A stretch of DNA of 54,025 bases from Minisyncoccota bacterium (GCA_018063015.1 JAGORC010000002.1:1-54025), one strand, 5' to 3'; shown: positions 38,004 through 47,790, numbered from the stretch's first letter. Notes: a model not told the origin generated them from the letters alone. Program-made: numbers and translations.

Positions 38004-39101
38004 ATGAAGAAAGATTATTATGAAATTTTAGGCGTTAATAAGGGCGCTTCAAAAGACGAGATAAAAAAGGCTTTTTATAAGCTTGCTCATAAATATCACC
38101 CTGACAAGAAGGAAGGGGATGAGAAGAAATTTAAAGAGGTAAACGAAGCCTACCAGGTCCTTTCTGATGACTCTAAACGTTCAAAATATGACCAATTTGG
38201 CTCTGGATTTGAAAATATGGGTGGATTCCAGGGTGGAGGCCAACAAGGTGGATTTGGAGGGTTTGAGGGCTTTGATTTCGGAGGATTTCAGAATGGTGGA
38301 GCTGATTTTGACTTTGGGAATTTAAACGACATATTCAGTGATTTCTTTGGCGGAGGAATGGGTGGAGGACAACAGACCAAGAGAGGAAGAGACATATCAA
38401 CAGAACTGCAGATATCTTTTGAGGATTCTATATTTGGTGTTACTAGAAAAGTTTTAATAACCAAAACATCAAACTGTGACACATGTAGTGCTACTGGTTC
38501 TAAACCAGGAACCAAGATGGAGTCATGTAAGAAGTGTAACGGGCAAGGTAGAATTAGAGAAACCAAGAAATCTTTCTTAGGCACAATATCAAGTACTAAA
38601 GTCTGTGAAGATTGTTTCGGTAGAGGAGAAATTCCAAAAGAGAAATGTGATAAATGTAAGGGTGCTGGAGTCTTAAGAAAAGAAGAAGAAATATCCATCA
38701 TAATTCCTTCTGGAATAAGAGATGGAGAAATGATACGAATGACTGGTATGGGAGAAGCTATATCTCATGGAACACCTGGTGACTTGTATATAAAGATTAA
38801 TGTATTACCTCACTCTGTGTTTAGAAGAGAGGGTAGTGACTTAGTAATGACTCTGGATCTTAAACTTTCAGAAGCTTTACTAGGATTAGAACACAACATT
38901 ACAACTCTTGATGGAAATATAAAAGTAAAGATTCCAGAAGGTGTTTCAGTAAACGAAATTCTAAGAGTAAAAGGTAGAGGTGTCCCTACCGCTAAAGGCA
39001 AGAGAGGAGATATACTTATAAAACTTAATATTAAACTTCCTTCAAAGCTCTCTAAGAAGTCTAAAGAATTAATAGAAGAGTTAAAGAAAGAAGGAATATA
39101 A
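38004..39101 (+). CDS. dnaJ: molecular chaperone DnaJ
   Basis: J domain with HPD (KYHPDK), a G/F-rich region, and four CxxCxGxG repeats ([32 protein letters not shown]). Confidence 0.95.
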   Translation: MKKDYYEILGVNKGASKDEIKKAFYKLAHKYHPDKKEGDEKKFKEVNEAYQVLSDDSKRSKYDQFGSGFENMGGFQGGGQQGGFGGFEGFDFGGFQNGGADFDFGNLNDIFSDFFGGGMGGGQQTKRGRDISTELQISFEDSIFGVTRKVLITKTSNCDTCSATGSKPGTKMESCKKCNGQGRIRETKKSFLGTISSTKVCEDCFGRGEIPKEKCDKCKGAGVLRKEEEISIIIPSGIRDGEMIRMTGMGEAISHGTPGDLYIKINVLPHSVFRREGSDLVMTLDLKLSEALLGLEHNITTLDGNIKVKIPEGVSVNEILRVKGRGVPTAKGKRGDILIKLNIKLPSKLSKKSKELIEELKKEGI

Positions 39102-39103
39102 AA

Positions 39104-39970
39104 ATGAAAAACAAATCAATCAAAATAGGGTTAATTCAATCTAAGGTTTCTAAAAATCAAGAAGCAAATTTAAAACACACCAAGGACTTGGTAATCAAAG
39201 CTGCTAAACAAGGAGCAAAGGTTATTTGTTTACAAGAACTCTATAAGACTATATATTTCCCTCAATATAGCAGGATCAGTAAAGACCAATTTTCTGAATC
39301 AATACCAGGAGAATCAAGCAATGTGTTTAAAGAGATAGCAAAGAAATATAAAGTTGTTATTGTTGTGCCAATTTTTGAAAAGGACAGCAAGGGTAAATTT
39401 CATAATTCAGCGGTAGTTATAGACGAGAATGGTAAACTACTCCCCACTTACAGAAAGATACACATTCCTCAAGATCCTCTGTTTTACGAGAAAAATTATT
39501 TTGAAGATGGTGATAGTGGATACAAGGTATATAAGACAAAACACGCAACTTTTGCCGTGCTTATTTGTTACGATCAATGGTTCCCAGAAGCTGCAAGGTC
39601 AGTAAAGTTAGCTGGAGCTGATTTAGTATTTTATCCTACAGCAATAGGTAATATAAATGGTGTGAAAGAAAGTGAAGGTGACTGGCATAATGCATGGGAG
39701 ACTGTGATGCGAGGACATGCCATCGCTAATAGCTTATATGTGGCTGCTGTTAACAGAGTAGGAACAGAAGACAAGCTCACATTCTGGGGTCAATCCTTCG
39801 TAGCGGATTCTTTCGGCAAGGTTCTTAAAAGAGCTACAAAGTCTAAAGAAGAAATTCTTATAGCGGAAGTCAATTTAGACAATAATAAAAGAATAAGTAA
39901 TGAATGGGGATTTATGAGAAATCGCCGAACAGATACCTATAATACTCTCACAAAGAAGAAATCAAAATAA
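39104..39970 (+). CDS. aguB: N-carbamoylputrescine amidase (carbon-nitrogen hydrolase)
   Basis: CLQELY, YRKIHIP, ICYDQWFPE (catalytic Cys). Adjacent to agmatine deiminase. Confidence 0.75.
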   Translation: MKNKSIKIGLIQSKVSKNQEANLKHTKDLVIKAAKQGAKVICLQELYKTIYFPQYSRISKDQFSESIPGESSNVFKEIAKKYKVVIVVPIFEKDSKGKFHNSAVVIDENGKLLPTYRKIHIPQDPLFYEKNYFEDGDSGYKVYKTKHATFAVLICYDQWFPEAARSVKLAGADLVFYPTAIGNINGVKESEGDWHNAWETVMRGHAIANSLYVAAVNRVGTEDKLTFWGQSFVADSFGKVLKRATKSKEEILIAEVNLDNNKRISNEWGFMRNRRTDTYNTLTKKKSK

Positions 39971-41002
39971 ATGTCTCAAGAATTACAAAAAGATAATTCT
40001 ATAATAATGCCTGGAGAGTGGGAAGAACACGTAGCTACTTGGCTTGCATGGCCTAATGACAGAGATTTCTTTCAAGATAGATTTTCTAACGTAGAGAAAA
40101 TTTATACAGATATAATACATGCTATACATAGAAGTGAAGTAGTAAAGTTAGTAGTCTTAAACCTACAAGAAGAAAACAGGATTAAATCTTTACTTAAGGA
40201 TAGAGGTATTGATTTGTCTAGAATTGTATTTTTCCATACTGAATATGTGGATGTCTGGATGCGAGACTACGGACCTACTTTTATAAAGAATGATCTGAAA
40301 AATGAATGGGTTAAGTGGAATTATGATGGCTACGGTGGGACTTTTCCAGAATTATTTAAAGACGATAAAGTTTTTATTAGTCTCAAAGACTCAATACCTT
40401 TTGAAATGCATGGGGCAGAGTTTGCCATGGAAGGTGGAGCAATAGATGTAAACGGAAAAGGAACTGTTCTTACCACAAAAGAGTGCCTAATAGAAAATCG
40501 AAATTTGGGTAAATCAAAAGAAGAAACAGAAAATGTCCTTAAGAAGTACCTTGGAGTTAAAAATATAATTTGGCTTAATAAAGGGTTAACTAACGACCAC
40601 ACAGATGGTCACATAGATGAAGTTGCTCGATTTGTGAATCCTTCTAAGATTCTAATAGTCTCTGAAGACAATCCTGAAGATGAAAATTATGAAAGATTGT
40701 TAGAAAATTTTAATATAATTAGTGATTCTAAAGACCAGGATGGGAATAAGTTTGAGGTAATTAAATTACCAATGCCCCATATGAGGTATGACGATGGGAG
40801 CAAGGCACCTGTATCTTATGCTAACTTCTATATTACTAATAAAATAGTTCTTGTTTCTGTATTCCAAGATGAAAACGATGAAAAGGCTGTAAACATAATT
40901 AAATCTTGCTTCCCGGACAAGGAAATTGTAACTATAGATTGCAGAGATTTAATATATGGAGGAGGAGCAATACATTGTATTACTCAGCAAGAACCTGCTT
41001 AG
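39971..41002 (+). CDS. aguA: agmatine deiminase
   Basis: MPGEWEEH..TWLAWP, WMRDYGP, HIDE.ARF, C-terminal GGGAIHCITQQEP. Confidence 0.85.
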   Translation: MSQELQKDNSIIMPGEWEEHVATWLAWPNDRDFFQDRFSNVEKIYTDIIHAIHRSEVVKLVVLNLQEENRIKSLLKDRGIDLSRIVFFHTEYVDVWMRDYGPTFIKNDLKNEWVKWNYDGYGGTFPELFKDDKVFISLKDSIPFEMHGAEFAMEGGAIDVNGKGTVLTTKECLIENRNLGKSKEETENVLKKYLGVKNIIWLNKGLTNDHTDGHIDEVARFVNPSKILIVSEDNPEDENYERLLENFNIISDSKDQDGNKFEVIKLPMPHMRYDDGSKAPVSYANFYITNKIVLVSVFQDENDEKAVNIIKSCFPDKEIVTIDCRDLIYGGGAIHCITQQEPA

Positions 41003-42351
41003 AGCTTAGATATAACAGAACCATCCTCGGTATCCTTAACCTCATAGCCAAGTGAGTTAATTTTATTTCTTAGCTCATCTGATTTAAGAAAGTCTTTACT
41101 ACTTCTAGCAGTCTCTCTTTCAAGTTGTAAACCCTTTACTTCTTCTGGGATTTTCTCTTCTCTTATTTTGTCGAAACTAAGTCCTAATACCTTATCAAAA
41201 TCAAGCATAGTAGCTTTTTTGTCTTCGTTTGTTATCGAAGTGTCTTTAACTAAATCCCAAAGTAGGGCTAATGCCTTAGGTGTATCTAAATCATCGTTTA
41301 TATAATTTTTGAATTTTTCTTGATATTCTTTGTTGACCTTTCCTATACTTTCTCCAAGTTCAATATACGCATTATGTAATTTTCTTAAAGCAGTATCCGT
41401 ACCTTCTAAAGTTTCCCAAGTAAAATTTGTTCTTGTTCTGTAGTTTGCAGTTAGCAACCAGAGTCTAAAAGACAGGGGATTAATGCCTTTTTCTATTAGA
41501 TCTCTCAGGGTGTAGAAATTATTAGAAGACTTCGCCATTTTCTTACCTTCTACCATTAGGTGTTCATTGTGCATCCAGAATTTTGAGAAGTTTTTATTTG
41601 TTGTACCTTCAGATTGAGCTATTTCGTTTTCATGGTGGGGGAATATTAAATCAACTCCGCCTGTATGGATATCAATTTCTTCTCCTAAATTAGCCATAGC
41701 CATAGCAGAACATTCTATATGCCAGCCAGGCCTGCCCTTACCTAATCTTGTATCCCAGAATACTTCGCCATCCTTCTCATCCCATGCCTTCCATAAGGCG
41801 AAGTCTTGTATGTTGTCTTTTTCGTACTCATCAGTATTTATTCTGCCTTCTGCATTTTCTTTCTGATTGTCTAATTGTATTCCAGATAGTTTGCCGTAAT
41901 TATTGAACTTCTTTATGTTGAAATACACACTACCATCAGATGATTTGTAAGCTAAACTTTTTTCTATGAGTTTCTCTATTACCTCTACCATTTTGTCTAT
42001 ATAGTCGGTAGCTTTAGTGAATTTCTCTGGGTTTATTATATTTAATGAAGAAATATCTTTCTTGAATTCTTCAGAATAGAATTCTGTAAAGTCTTTTAAA
42101 GTTTTACCTTCTTTTTGTGATTCGCGAATTGTCTTGTCATCTACATCTGTCAGATTCATTATGTGTTTAACTTCATATCCGTTATAAGAGAGCGTCCTTT
42201 TCAATATGTCAGCAAATATATAAGATCGATAGTTTCCTATATGAGGATAGTTATACACAGTAGGACCACAGGTGTACATTTTCACCTCATTGTTATTTAC
42301 AGGAGAGAAGTCCTCTGCTACCTTACTTAGTGTGTTGTAGAATTTGAGCAT
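40999..42351 (-). CDS. cysS: cysteine--tRNA ligase
   Basis: YTCGPTVYNYPHIGN (HIGH), GWHIECS, KMAKSSNN (KMSKS). Confidence 0.92.
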   Translation of the reverse strand: MLKFYNTLSKVAEDFSPVNNNEVKMYTCGPTVYNYPHIGNYRSYIFADILKRTLSYNGYEVKHIMNLTDVDDKTIRESQKEGKTLKDFTEFYSEEFKKDISSLNIINPEKFTKATDYIDKMVEVIEKLIEKSLAYKSSDGSVYFNIKKFNNYGKLSGIQLDNQKENAEGRINTDEYEKDNIQDFALWKAWDEKDGEVFWDTRLGKGRPGWHIECSAMAMANLGEEIDIHTGGVDLIFPHHENEIAQSEGTTNKNFSKFWMHNEHLMVEGKKMAKSSNNFYTLRDLIEKGINPLSFRLWLLTANYRTRTNFTWETLEGTDTALRKLHNAYIELGESIGKVNKEYQEKFKNYINDDLDTPKALALLWDLVKDTSITNEDKKATMLDFDKVLGLSFDKIREEKIPEEVKGLQLERETARSSKDFLKSDELRNKINSLGYEVKDTEDGSVISKL

Positions 42352-42352
42352 A

Positions 42353-43369
42353 TTATATTTGAGTTTGTCTGTATTCGTTGCGGTAGATTGAAATAAGGGT
42401 ATAAAGGAGACTTACTACCAAGGGACCTATTAGTATTCCTACTGGGCCCAATAGTGATATACCACCTAGTACTGAAAATAATATTACAAAAGAAGGTACA
42501 TTTGTTCTGCTTCCTACGATTAATGGACTTAGGAAATTATCGACAGTACCCACTAAGGTCATTGCCCAAACAAGAAGCCCTATTGCATTTGCATTTTCTC
42601 CCATTGCTAGAAGATATATTATTGCGGGGATAGATACTAAAGATGTTCCTATGGTTGGTAGGAGGGACGCTACTGCGGCAACCATACCCCATAGTGCTGG
42701 GTTCGGAACCCCAAACATCCACAAACCTATCCCCATTAAAGTTCCTTGAACCAAGGCTATAAATAAATATCCTTTTATTACTCCATTTATTGCTTTAGAT
42801 AATCTTTTTATTATCTTCTCATCATCTTGATCCGACAGAGGAGATAGTACTATTAGCGCACGTCGGAAATGAGCCCCATCTTTAAATAAATAAAACATTA
42901 CTAGTAGTACAAGCATGAATGAGAAAAATGCAGAGAATGTAGAACTAAATATTGTTCCTATATTAGAACCTATACCAGATAAGAAAGTAGAAGCTTTTTC
43001 TTGGGCATTAAACACCACACCTTCCGGAAGATACTTATTAACTGTAGTTTCTATTCTAGAAAGGAAAACACCAGAATTTTCACCTTTTATGACTGTTTGA
43101 TAAGTGTTCTGAGCTTGGTTGAATACTACCTTTCCTATGCCAAATAGAGGTCCACACAAGACTATAACGAATATAATCACAGTTAGAAGGGATGCCAGCC
43201 AATCAGGCATTTTCTTGGTAAACCAAGCATAGATAGGGTATAAAACGACAGTAAAACAGGTTCCCAACACTAGTACCATCCAAAATGGTTGGAATATTAT
43301 AAAGGTTAAAATAAGGGTACCTATTAATAGTCCGAAAAAGAAGTAACGTTCAATAATTTTTGATTGCAT
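42353..43369 (-). CDS. AI-2E family transporter (PerM-like permease)
   Basis: 338 aa, about 8 TM helices, with family-typical G..D.FL.P.I.G near the C-terminus. Confidence 0.75.
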   Translation of the reverse strand: MQSKIIERYFFFGLLIGTLILTFIIFQPFWMVLVLGTCFTVVLYPIYAWFTKKMPDWLASLLTVIIFVIVLCGPLFGIGKVVFNQAQNTYQTVIKGENSGVFLSRIETTVNKYLPEGVVFNAQEKASTFLSGIGSNIGTIFSSTFSAFFSFMLVLLVMFYLFKDGAHFRRALIVLSPLSDQDDEKIIKRLSKAINGVIKGYLFIALVQGTLMGIGLWMFGVPNPALWGMVAAVASLLPTIGTSLVSIPAIIYLLAMGENANAIGLLVWAMTLVGTVDNFLSPLIVGSRTNVPSFVILFSVLGGISLLGPVGILIGPLVVSLLYTLISIYRNEYRQTQI

Positions 43370-43426
43370 AGCCTAATAATAACAAAAAGCTTGCTTTTTT
43401 CCAATATTTTGTATATTATTGTGCCT

Positions 43427-43744
43427 ATGGAATTCGCAGTAATACAAACAGGTGGAAAGCAATATAAGGTCTCAAAAGGGGCTGTTCTTTCTATCGAAAA
43501 GATAAAGGGTGAATACAAGAAAGGAGACAAAATATCTTTTGATAAGGTTCTTCTTGTTGATGACGGCAAAGACACAACAATAGGTGCACCTTATGTTACA
43601 GGAGCTAAGGTTGAAGCAGAAATATCAGAAATAGGCAGAGCTCGAAAGGTGTTAGTAATGAAATACAAACAGAAGTCTCGTTATCTACGCCGAAATGGAC
43701 ACAGACAACCATTCTTCAAAGTAAAGATCCTCGCTCTAAAATAA
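43427..43744 (+). CDS. rplU: 50S ribosomal protein L21
   Basis: MEFAVIQTGGKQYKV...KYKQKSRYLRRNGHRQPFFKVKI. Start moved to the ATG at 43427. Confidence 0.9.
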   Translation: MEFAVIQTGGKQYKVSKGAVLSIEKIKGEYKKGDKISFDKVLLVDDGKDTTIGAPYVTGAKVEAEISEIGRARKVLVMKYKQKSRYLRRNGHRQPFFKVKILALK

Positions 43745-43766
43745 AATCCCTGAAATCAGGGATTTT
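43743..43766. terminator. bidirectional hairpin between convergent rplU and the minus-strand ORF
   Basis: AAAATCCCTGA-AA-TCAGGGATTTT, with A/T runs on both sides. Confidence 0.6.
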
Positions 43767-44241
43767 ATTTTATGTAATTTTTACCTACATAACGCCAAGA
43801 TAATTTTAGTCCAAACTCAGGGAATTTATCTAAAATCCATTTTGCATAAGTGTTACTGTTTGGACCTAATCCTAAGTACTTATGACAATATGGATAAGTG
43901 TTTTTAGAATTTTCTATAAATTCAACCATTTGCTGAGCCGAGGAACCTTCTTCACCCTCAGTGTATTTTACAAGCTCGCTTTTCCAATACCATTTTATTA
44001 CAGGGAATAATCCTAACCCTCGTATTAAGGGGTAATGATTTTTATATAAATGTTCTTTTACGCTTTTATTACAACAATTATTATTCTGTATTAATATTTC
44101 CCATCTAGAAACTTCCCCTTTTTTATTTATCACAAACCAAGGATGTCTCGCAAAAAAGAAAGGTAAATGTGGGGGAGAGGAGAAAAAGAAGACCTGATAT
44201 TTATCTTTCTTTATTAGTTTTTCAAATTCATCAAGACTCAT
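43765..44241 (-). CDS. hypothetical protein (possibly DUF3750-like)
   Basis: 158-aa ORF. ARHPWFVINKKGEVSRWEIL resembles what I recall of DUF3750. Weak assignment. Confidence 0.35.
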   Translation of the reverse strand: MSLDEFEKLIKKDKYQVFFFSSPPHLPFFFARHPWFVINKKGEVSRWEILIQNNNCCNKSVKEHLYKNHYPLIRGLGLFPVIKWYWKSELVKYTEGEEGSSAQQMVEFIENSKNTYPYCHKYLGLGPNSNTYAKWILDKFPEFGLKLSWRYVGKNYIK

Positions 44242-44849
44242 TATTGTCTGTTCTTTAATGCGTTTTTTAATGTGTCGTTATCTGAGTATTCAAGCTCTGT
44301 CCCAGTTGAGAGTCCACGACCTAAAGATGAAATTTTAATATTATTTATTTCTATCACTTCCTTTAATTGGCTTCGGACATAGAAATCAGTATGGTCGCCC
44401 TGAGGAGACAGCGAGAAGGCGAGTATTATTTCTTTTAGATTTAAACCTTCCTTACTTATTCTATTTTTTAGTTCTTCAATACGAACTCTACTTTTTGTTG
44501 TTTTTTCAACTATAGGAACAAGTCCTCCAAGAATAAAATATTTTCCTAAATACACTCTGCTTTTTCTAACTGATTCTAGGTCTGAATCTTTCTCTACTAT
44601 CATTAAAAGAGAAGAATCAGTGTTCGGGTCCTTACATATATCACAAATTTTCCCATTATTAGAAATAAAGAATATGTAACACTCATTACATTGGCTTATT
44701 TCTTTTTTGAGCTCGGCAACAAGCCTTGTTAGATTACTAGCATACTCTCCATTACGAGACATTAGAAAATACACAAATCGTCTCGCTTGACGTTCTCCAA
44801 TGCCAGGAAATTCTTTAAAGATTTCTGTAAGCTTGTCTATCGTGTCCAT
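44241..44849 (-). CDS. recR: recombination protein RecR
   Basis: FPGIGERQARRF (HhH), a C4 zinc finger (CNEC...CDIC), and a Toprim region. Confidence 0.9.
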   Translation of the reverse strand: MDTIDKLTEIFKEFPGIGERQARRFVYFLMSRNGEYASNLTRLVAELKKEISQCNECYIFFISNNGKICDICKDPNTDSSLLMIVEKDSDLESVRKSRVYLGKYFILGGLVPIVEKTTKSRVRIEELKNRISKEGLNLKEIILAFSLSPQGDHTDFYVRSQLKEVIEINNIKISSLGRGLSTGTELEYSDNDTLKNALKNRQ

Positions 44850-44863
44850 TAGAGACTAGTATA

Positions 44864-46273
44864 TTAAAATTCATCCAAACTGTCACCTAGTTTAGAAGGA
44901 GCGAATTCACTTATGCTACTTTTCTCAAGGTTTAGGAATGTTGTAGTCTTTTCATCGAAATAGAGATCAATCTTACCAGTAGGACCATTTCTGTGTTTCT
45001 CTATTAGAATCTCAGCAATGTTTGTTTTCTCTGATTCATCTTTACCCTTATCTTCTCTGTGAATAAACATAACAATGTCGGCGTCCTGTTCAATAGATCC
45101 GGAATCTCTAAGATCAGATAGACGAGGCTTGCCACCTCTAGATTCTACAGCACGAGATAGCTGAGAGAGTGCAAGTACAGGAACATCAAGCTCCTTCGCT
45201 AGAGCTTTAAGTGATCTAGAGATTTCAGTCACTTGGTTAACCATAGAATCATAACTCTTTGAAGTAGTCATAAGCTGTAGATAGTCTACGATGATCATAT
45301 CAAGACCTTTCTCTGCTTTTAGACGTCGGGCTAGGGCCTTCATCCTTACGATAGAATTTCCTGGTTGATCATCAATAAATATTTTAGCTTTAGCTAATTT
45401 ATCAAGTGAGTCACGCAGTAGTGAGAACTCTCTATCAGAGGACAGTCTTCCTGTTCTAAGGTTCCAAGCATTAACACGAGATTCAGCAGACAACATACGA
45501 TCTACTAATTGTTGAGATGACATTTCAAGAGAGAATATAACTACAGATTTATCATGAAGAACAGAAGTCATACGAGCTATATCAAGAGCAAGTGCTGTCT
45601 TACCCATAGAAGGTCGGGCTGCAAGTATGATAAGGTCAGATCTCTGAAATCCAGACAGCATGTTATCCATATCACGAAATCCAGTAGGGATACCACGGAG
45701 CATACCTTTATGTTCATGAAGTTTCTCTAATCGCTCATATGCTTCAGGCAGAGCTTCTTTCATAGAAACATATTTCTGATTCTTGGGTGAAGATACAACA
45801 TTGAAAATAGTTTTCTCAGCTGTGTCTAGTATATCGTCTAAATGTTCATCACTTTCTTCAAAAGCTAGCTCAGACATATAATCTGCAGCATTTATAAGAC
45901 TTCTTAAAACATATTTCTTTTGAACAATTTCTGCGTAGTGTTTTACGTTAGTAGAAGAGGGAACTACGCTGACTATGTCAGCTAAGTATTGATTACCGCC
46001 TATCTTCTCTAGCATTTTTCTCTCACGGAGTTTGGTTGAGAGAGAAAGCATGTCTATTGGTTCATGTTTAAGATGTAGATCAAGCATAGCTTGATAGATT
46101 ATTGCATGCTTATCAACATAGAATGATTCCGGGGTTATGATGTCCTCTATTTCATGAATTGCGTCTTTTCGGAGCATTATAGAACCAAGTACTGCTTTCT
46201 CAGAATCGATACTCTGAGGAGGTATCCTTAGATTCGCTTTAGAATTGTTTTTTCTCTCTTGCATTAGGTACAT
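44864..46273 (-). CDS. dnaB: replicative DNA helicase DnaB
   Basis: PPQSIDSEKAVLGS, GFRDMD, AARPSMGKTA (Walker A), IIVDYLQLM, and a RecA-like C-terminal domain. Confidence 0.92.
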   Translation of the reverse strand: MYLMQERKNNSKANLRIPPQSIDSEKAVLGSIMLRKDAIHEIEDIITPESFYVDKHAIIYQAMLDLHLKHEPIDMLSLSTKLRERKMLEKIGGNQYLADIVSVVPSSTNVKHYAEIVQKKYVLRSLINAADYMSELAFEESDEHLDDILDTAEKTIFNVVSSPKNQKYVSMKEALPEAYERLEKLHEHKGMLRGIPTGFRDMDNMLSGFQRSDLIILAARPSMGKTALALDIARMTSVLHDKSVVIFSLEMSSQQLVDRMLSAESRVNAWNLRTGRLSSDREFSLLRDSLDKLAKAKIFIDDQPGNSIVRMKALARRLKAEKGLDMIIVDYLQLMTTSKSYDSMVNQVTEISRSLKALAKELDVPVLALSQLSRAVESRGGKPRLSDLRDSGSIEQDADIVMFIHREDKGKDESEKTNIAEILIEKHRNGPTGKIDLYFDEKTTTFLNLEKSSISEFAPSKLGDSLDEF

Positions 46274-46380
46274 TCTCTATTACTAGGACTTCTTTGTCAA
46301 AGCTAAAAGTTGGTAATTCTGTTTAAAAAATGTGGAGAAATACTCGTGCTCTAATGGTGAAGTATGATAATATATTAACT

Positions 46381-47346
46381 ATGGCAAATGAAACAAAGAA
46401 AATATTGCTTTCCGGCATACAGCCCTCAGGAAGGCCACATATTGGGAACTACTTCGGGATGATGAAGCAAATGGTTGATTATCAGAAGGAGCATGAAATG
46501 TATCTAATGATAGCTGATTATCACGCAATGAAATCAGTCCAGGACGCTAAATCAATGCGAGAAAATATAATAGGAGTGCTTTTGGATTTCCTAGCGATAG
46601 GACTTGATCCAAAGAAGGTAACTATATTTAAACAATCAGATGTATCAGAACACACAGAACTTGCTTGGATATTCGATACTATTACAACAATGCCTTATCT
46701 TATGCGTGCTCATGCCTTCAAGGATGCTGAAGCCAAGAACAAGGAAATAGATGTAGGTACATTTAACTATCCAATGCTTATGTCAGCTGATATTTTGATT
46801 TACAATGCAGACATTGTCCCAGTAGGCCAAGATCAGAAACAGCACATAGAAATAGCTAGAGATACAGCAATCAAATTCAATAATAAATTTGGCGAAACCT
46901 TCAAGATGCCTGATGCAATGATTATAAAAGATGTAGCCATAGTTCCTGGTACTGACGGACAGAAGATGAGTAAGAGTTATGGTAATACCATACCTCTTTT
47001 TGCAGAATACGAAGAAATAAAAAAGTGTGTGATGAGTATAGTCACTGATTCTAGTGGAGGAATTCCTAAGAATGTCTATGCTATTCATAACCTTCTAAGA
47101 CCGGCTTCTGAACTTCTGCCACTATATGAAAGCAAAGCAGGTAAATACAAAGAACTTAAAGATTTACTAGTAGAAGATCTAGAGAACTTTATTGCGCCAA
47201 TGAGAGAGAAGAGAAAGAAACTAGAGAAGACAATTCCTAAGGTTATAAAAATACTAAAAGATGGTGGGGTAAAGGCTAAGAAAGTAGCTTCTAAGAAGAT
47301 GCAGGAAGTAAAAAAGAAAGTAGGAGTTTCTGTATATGAAAAATAA
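46381..47346 (+). CDS. trpS: tryptophan--tRNA ligase
   Basis: SGIQPSGRPHIGNY (HIGH), VPVGQDQKQH, KMSKS. Start chosen at MANETKK (46381) rather than the track's 46330. Confidence 0.9.
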   Translation: MANETKKILLSGIQPSGRPHIGNYFGMMKQMVDYQKEHEMYLMIADYHAMKSVQDAKSMRENIIGVLLDFLAIGLDPKKVTIFKQSDVSEHTELAWIFDTITTMPYLMRAHAFKDAEAKNKEIDVGTFNYPMLMSADILIYNADIVPVGQDQKQHIEIARDTAIKFNNKFGETFKMPDAMIIKDVAIVPGTDGQKMSKSYGNTIPLFAEYEEIKKCVMSIVTDSSGGIPKNVYAIHNLLRPASELLPLYESKAGKYKELKDLLVEDLENFIAPMREKRKKLEKTIPKVIKILKDGGVKAKKVASKKMQEVKKKVGVSVYEK

Positions 47347-47629
47347 ACAAAAACTAGAAGAATACAAAAAAGAAATTGTTAATGTTTTTTCTCAAATTGG
47401 AGTTGATAAGAATTTAATGAAAGAACTTCTGGTGGATATTCTTACTCCAAAAGAGCTTGAAGAGGTCGCTCTAAGGTGGCAGATAGTAAAAAGACTAAAT
47501 AAAGGAGACAAGCACAGGGACGTAGCAGGGGAGCTCTGTATTGGGATAAGTACTGTTACTCGTGGTTCAAGAGAGCTAAGGAATAAGAAAGGAGGATTTG
47601 CACTCGTCCTTAACAAGCTAAGCAAATAA
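47336..47629 (+). CDS. TrpR-family (YerC/YecD-like) DNA-binding protein
   Basis: 97 aa. DILTPKELEEVALRWQIVKRL...GISTVTRGSRELR aligns with the E. coli TrpR block [20 protein letters not shown]...GIATITRGSNSLK. It overlaps the trpS 3' end by 11 nt. Confidence 0.75.
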   Translation: MKNKQKLEEYKKEIVNVFSQIGVDKNLMKELLVDILTPKELEEVALRWQIVKRLNKGDKHRDVAGELCIGISTVTRGSRELRNKKGGFALVLNKLSK

Positions 47630-47694
47630 TAAGTTTTAGTGGTTTTCCACATTTTTCTATAAAATACACTTGTATTATTTTTTTATTATACTAT

Positions 47695-47710
47695 CATGTA
47701 CTAGTACATG
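47695..47710. promoter_or_regulatory. perfect 16-bp palindrome CATGTACTAGTACATG (trp-operator-like)
   Basis: Contains TGTACTAGT, which matches the arm of the symmetric E. coli trp operator TGTACTAGTTAACTAGTAC (from memory). A -10-like TATACT lies at 47687-47692, immediately upstream. Confidence 0.5.
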
Positions 47711-47715
47711 GATAC

Positions 47716-47790
47716 AAAAATCAACAACGGTATAGGTTTCTGGTGGGGCGCAGATAGCTTGATGCTTTTGCGCTGATTTGTTGATTTCTT
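47716..47790 (+). ncRNA. candidate structured RNA or leader (class unknown)
   Basis: The 10-bp outer helix AAATCAACAA (47718-27) / TTGTTGATTT (47778-87) encloses an inner GCGCA (47748-52) / TGCGC (47769-73) helix. A terminator follows. Confidence 0.25.

Noticed and set aside
38460-38700. The paralog cysteine motifs as DnaJ-type zinc fingers, which would mean duplication of dnaJ pieces.
   Set aside because: DnaJ has CxxCxGxG repeats. The paralogs have CxxC-x17-CxxC and CxxCxxCxxC without the Gly pattern, and no J domain or G/F region.
46292-46302. The palindrome CTTTGTCAAAG between dnaB and trpS as a dedicated operator.
   Set aside because: It is short (11 nt) and is equally well explained as a minus-strand TTGACA -35 box for dnaB. 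It is kept only as a comparison under the TTTGAC-repeat finding.
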